DNA of 64,000 bases from Candidatus Harrisonbacteria bacterium (lineage in GTDB: Bacteria; Patescibacteriota; Minisyncoccia; UBA6257; 02-FULL-45-10c): the NCBI GenBank assembly GCA_016214655.1, contig JACROC010000005.1, positions 3,078 through 67,077 on the forward strand, given 5' to 3'. The notes under the pieces were generated by a model. The model saw only the letters and a program-made list of their open reading frames with translations. It did not search any database and was not told the origin of the DNA. A program made the position numbers and the translations under genes. Positions 63,037 to 64,000 of this stretch are shown here, in pieces (within the stretch, counting starts at the first letter, position 1; each line of letters begins with the position of its first letter).

Positions 63037-64000
63037 TTACTTTTGAAGTAACAGTTGATTTGCTACTCTCAATGCTTTTTGAAGCTGAAGATCTTCGGCT
63101 TCAGTCTTTATTCGGGCCGGATTTTTAACCTTGATATCCGGCTTAACGCCAATGCCATGGATTTTAACCTTTTTTGAACCTACGAAATACTCGGAAACTG
63201 TCAGGTGTAATACGCCGCCATTTTGCAGCGGCATCAGGCTTTGTACAACGCCTTTGCCGTAACTCGGTAAACCAATGACTGTGGCGCCAACTTCTGATTG
63301 GAGATAGGCAGAAAGAATCTCTGAAGCGCTGGCGCTATGGCCGTTTTGGAGAACAATCAATTTAAAATTTTTAAATTTACCGGTCATTGCATTTAATGCT
63401 CCTTGAATCATTAATTGCGCGCCGCTTTTTTCGAAATCTCCTTTGCGTCTTTTTTCGTAAACTACTTCATTGCAGCTGTCGGAAAATACGCAGGCTGCGG
63501 CAATAACATAATGGAGTAATCCCCCGGGGTTATTCCGGACATCTATAATTAAAACCTTAACCTTTTCCCTTTCAAAATTTTGTAAGGTGAGGTAAAAATC
63601 TTGCAGAAAGTCTTCGCCGCTGAATTCTATCAATTTAATATAGCCGACCCCGTTGATTTTCTTGGATTCAACCCGTTCAATTTTTATGATTGCTCGTATA
63701 AGTGAAAGGTCTTTTTCTTTATTATTCCGCAAAATTTTCAATTTTATCGGAGTGCCAATTTCGCCCCTGATTAATTCAACTGCCGCCTGGACAGGTAATC
63801 CCTCTAAAGAAGTCCAATTGGAATTATTAGTTGAAGTAGCGATGGCCAAGATGAAATCGCCGGGCCGCAATCCTGCTTTTTCCGCGGGAGTATTTTTTAC
63901 TACTCCGGTAACTTCTATTAATTTATTTTCTTCTTTAGCAGAAAGCACTACGCCGATACCGCCAAATTTTCCTTTAAAAGAATCTTTTTCTTGGTCGTTG
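63037..64000 (-). CDS. second S41 C-terminal processing peptidase, 5'-truncated by the window edge
   Basis: PDZ (GLRPGDFILAI) plus IIDVRNNPGG and [10 protein letters not shown]. The reading frame stays open to 64000 (..FGGIGVVLS..), so the true start lies beyond the window. Confidence 0.8.
   Translation of the reverse strand, partial: NDQEKDSFKGKFGGIGVVLSAKEENKLIEVTGVVKNTPAEKAGLRPGDFILAIATSTNNSNWTSLEGLPVQAAVELIRGEIGTPIKLKILRNNKEKDLSLIRAIIKIERVESKKINGVGYIKLIEFSGEDFLQDFYLTLQNFEREKVKVLIIDVRNNPGGLLHYVIAAACVFSDSCNEVVYEKRRKGDFEKSGAQLMIQGALNAMTGKFKNFKLIVLQNGHSASASEILSAYLQSEVGATVIGLPSYGKGVVQSLMPLQNGGVLHLTVSEYFVGSKKVKIHGIGVKPDIKVKNPARIKTEAEDLQLQKALRVANQLLLQK

Noticed and set aside
1-64000. CRISPR arrays, tRNA or rRNA genes, transposases, integrases, reverse transcriptases
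   Set aside because: I scanned intergenic regions for regular direct repeats with spacers, for T-loop GTTCGANTC motifs and for DDE/YxDD-type ORFs and found none. The only regular repeats are the 7-nt arrays described above.

Overview
This is a low-GC, gene-dense bacterial window with the hallmarks of a small Candidate-Phyla-Radiation (Patescibacteria)-like genome. All calls are by eye from the sequence; no database search was run. Coordinates I derived myself (not from the ORF track) carry about +/-2 nt uncertainty. The core content is conserved. It has a large ribosomal-protein cluster on the minus strand (rpsJ-rplC-rplD-rplW-rplB-rpsS-rplV-rpsC-rplP-rpmC-rpsQ-rplN-rplX-rplE-rpsZ-rpsH-rplF-rplR-rpsE-rplO-secY-adk-map), with no L30, a shortened L3 and a zinc-type S14. 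It has a str operon (rpsL-rpsG-fusA-tuf) interrupted by inserted genes, a cell-envelope operon (ftsW-murG-gltX-M23 peptidase) and four aminoacyl-tRNA/translation genes (gltX, serS, lysS, ychF). It also has two S41 C-terminal processing peptidases, alr, ftsQ-like, greA, gpmI and two PMT/ArnT-type GT-C glycosyltransferases. The accessory content is two very large repeat-rich surface proteins, an orphan Cas4-like nuclease and a VirD4/TraG-like ATPase. An island encodes a P-loop kinase, a Gfo/Idh/MocA-like oxidoreductase, a methyltransferase-like/SelO-like kinase-fold protein, a small SD-driven peptide ORF and an MBL-fold hydrolase. Two compositionally foreign GC-rich islets each carry one small gene with a consensus promoter. 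The most unusual signals are non-coding. (1) Two diverged copies of a 268-nt element that keep at least four helices through compensatory base changes, which suggests a novel structured RNA family. (2) Two copies of a ~150-bp element bracketed by ~25-bp inverted repeats whose proximal arm embeds the start codon of the downstream gene (rpsL and a GT-C glycosyltransferase). (3) At five loci, tandem heptamer arrays that read (CUANNNN)n in the mRNA sense and sit immediately upstream of start codons, usually paired with an imperfectly complementary array upstream. I found no rRNA, tRNA, CRISPR array, transposase or integrase.
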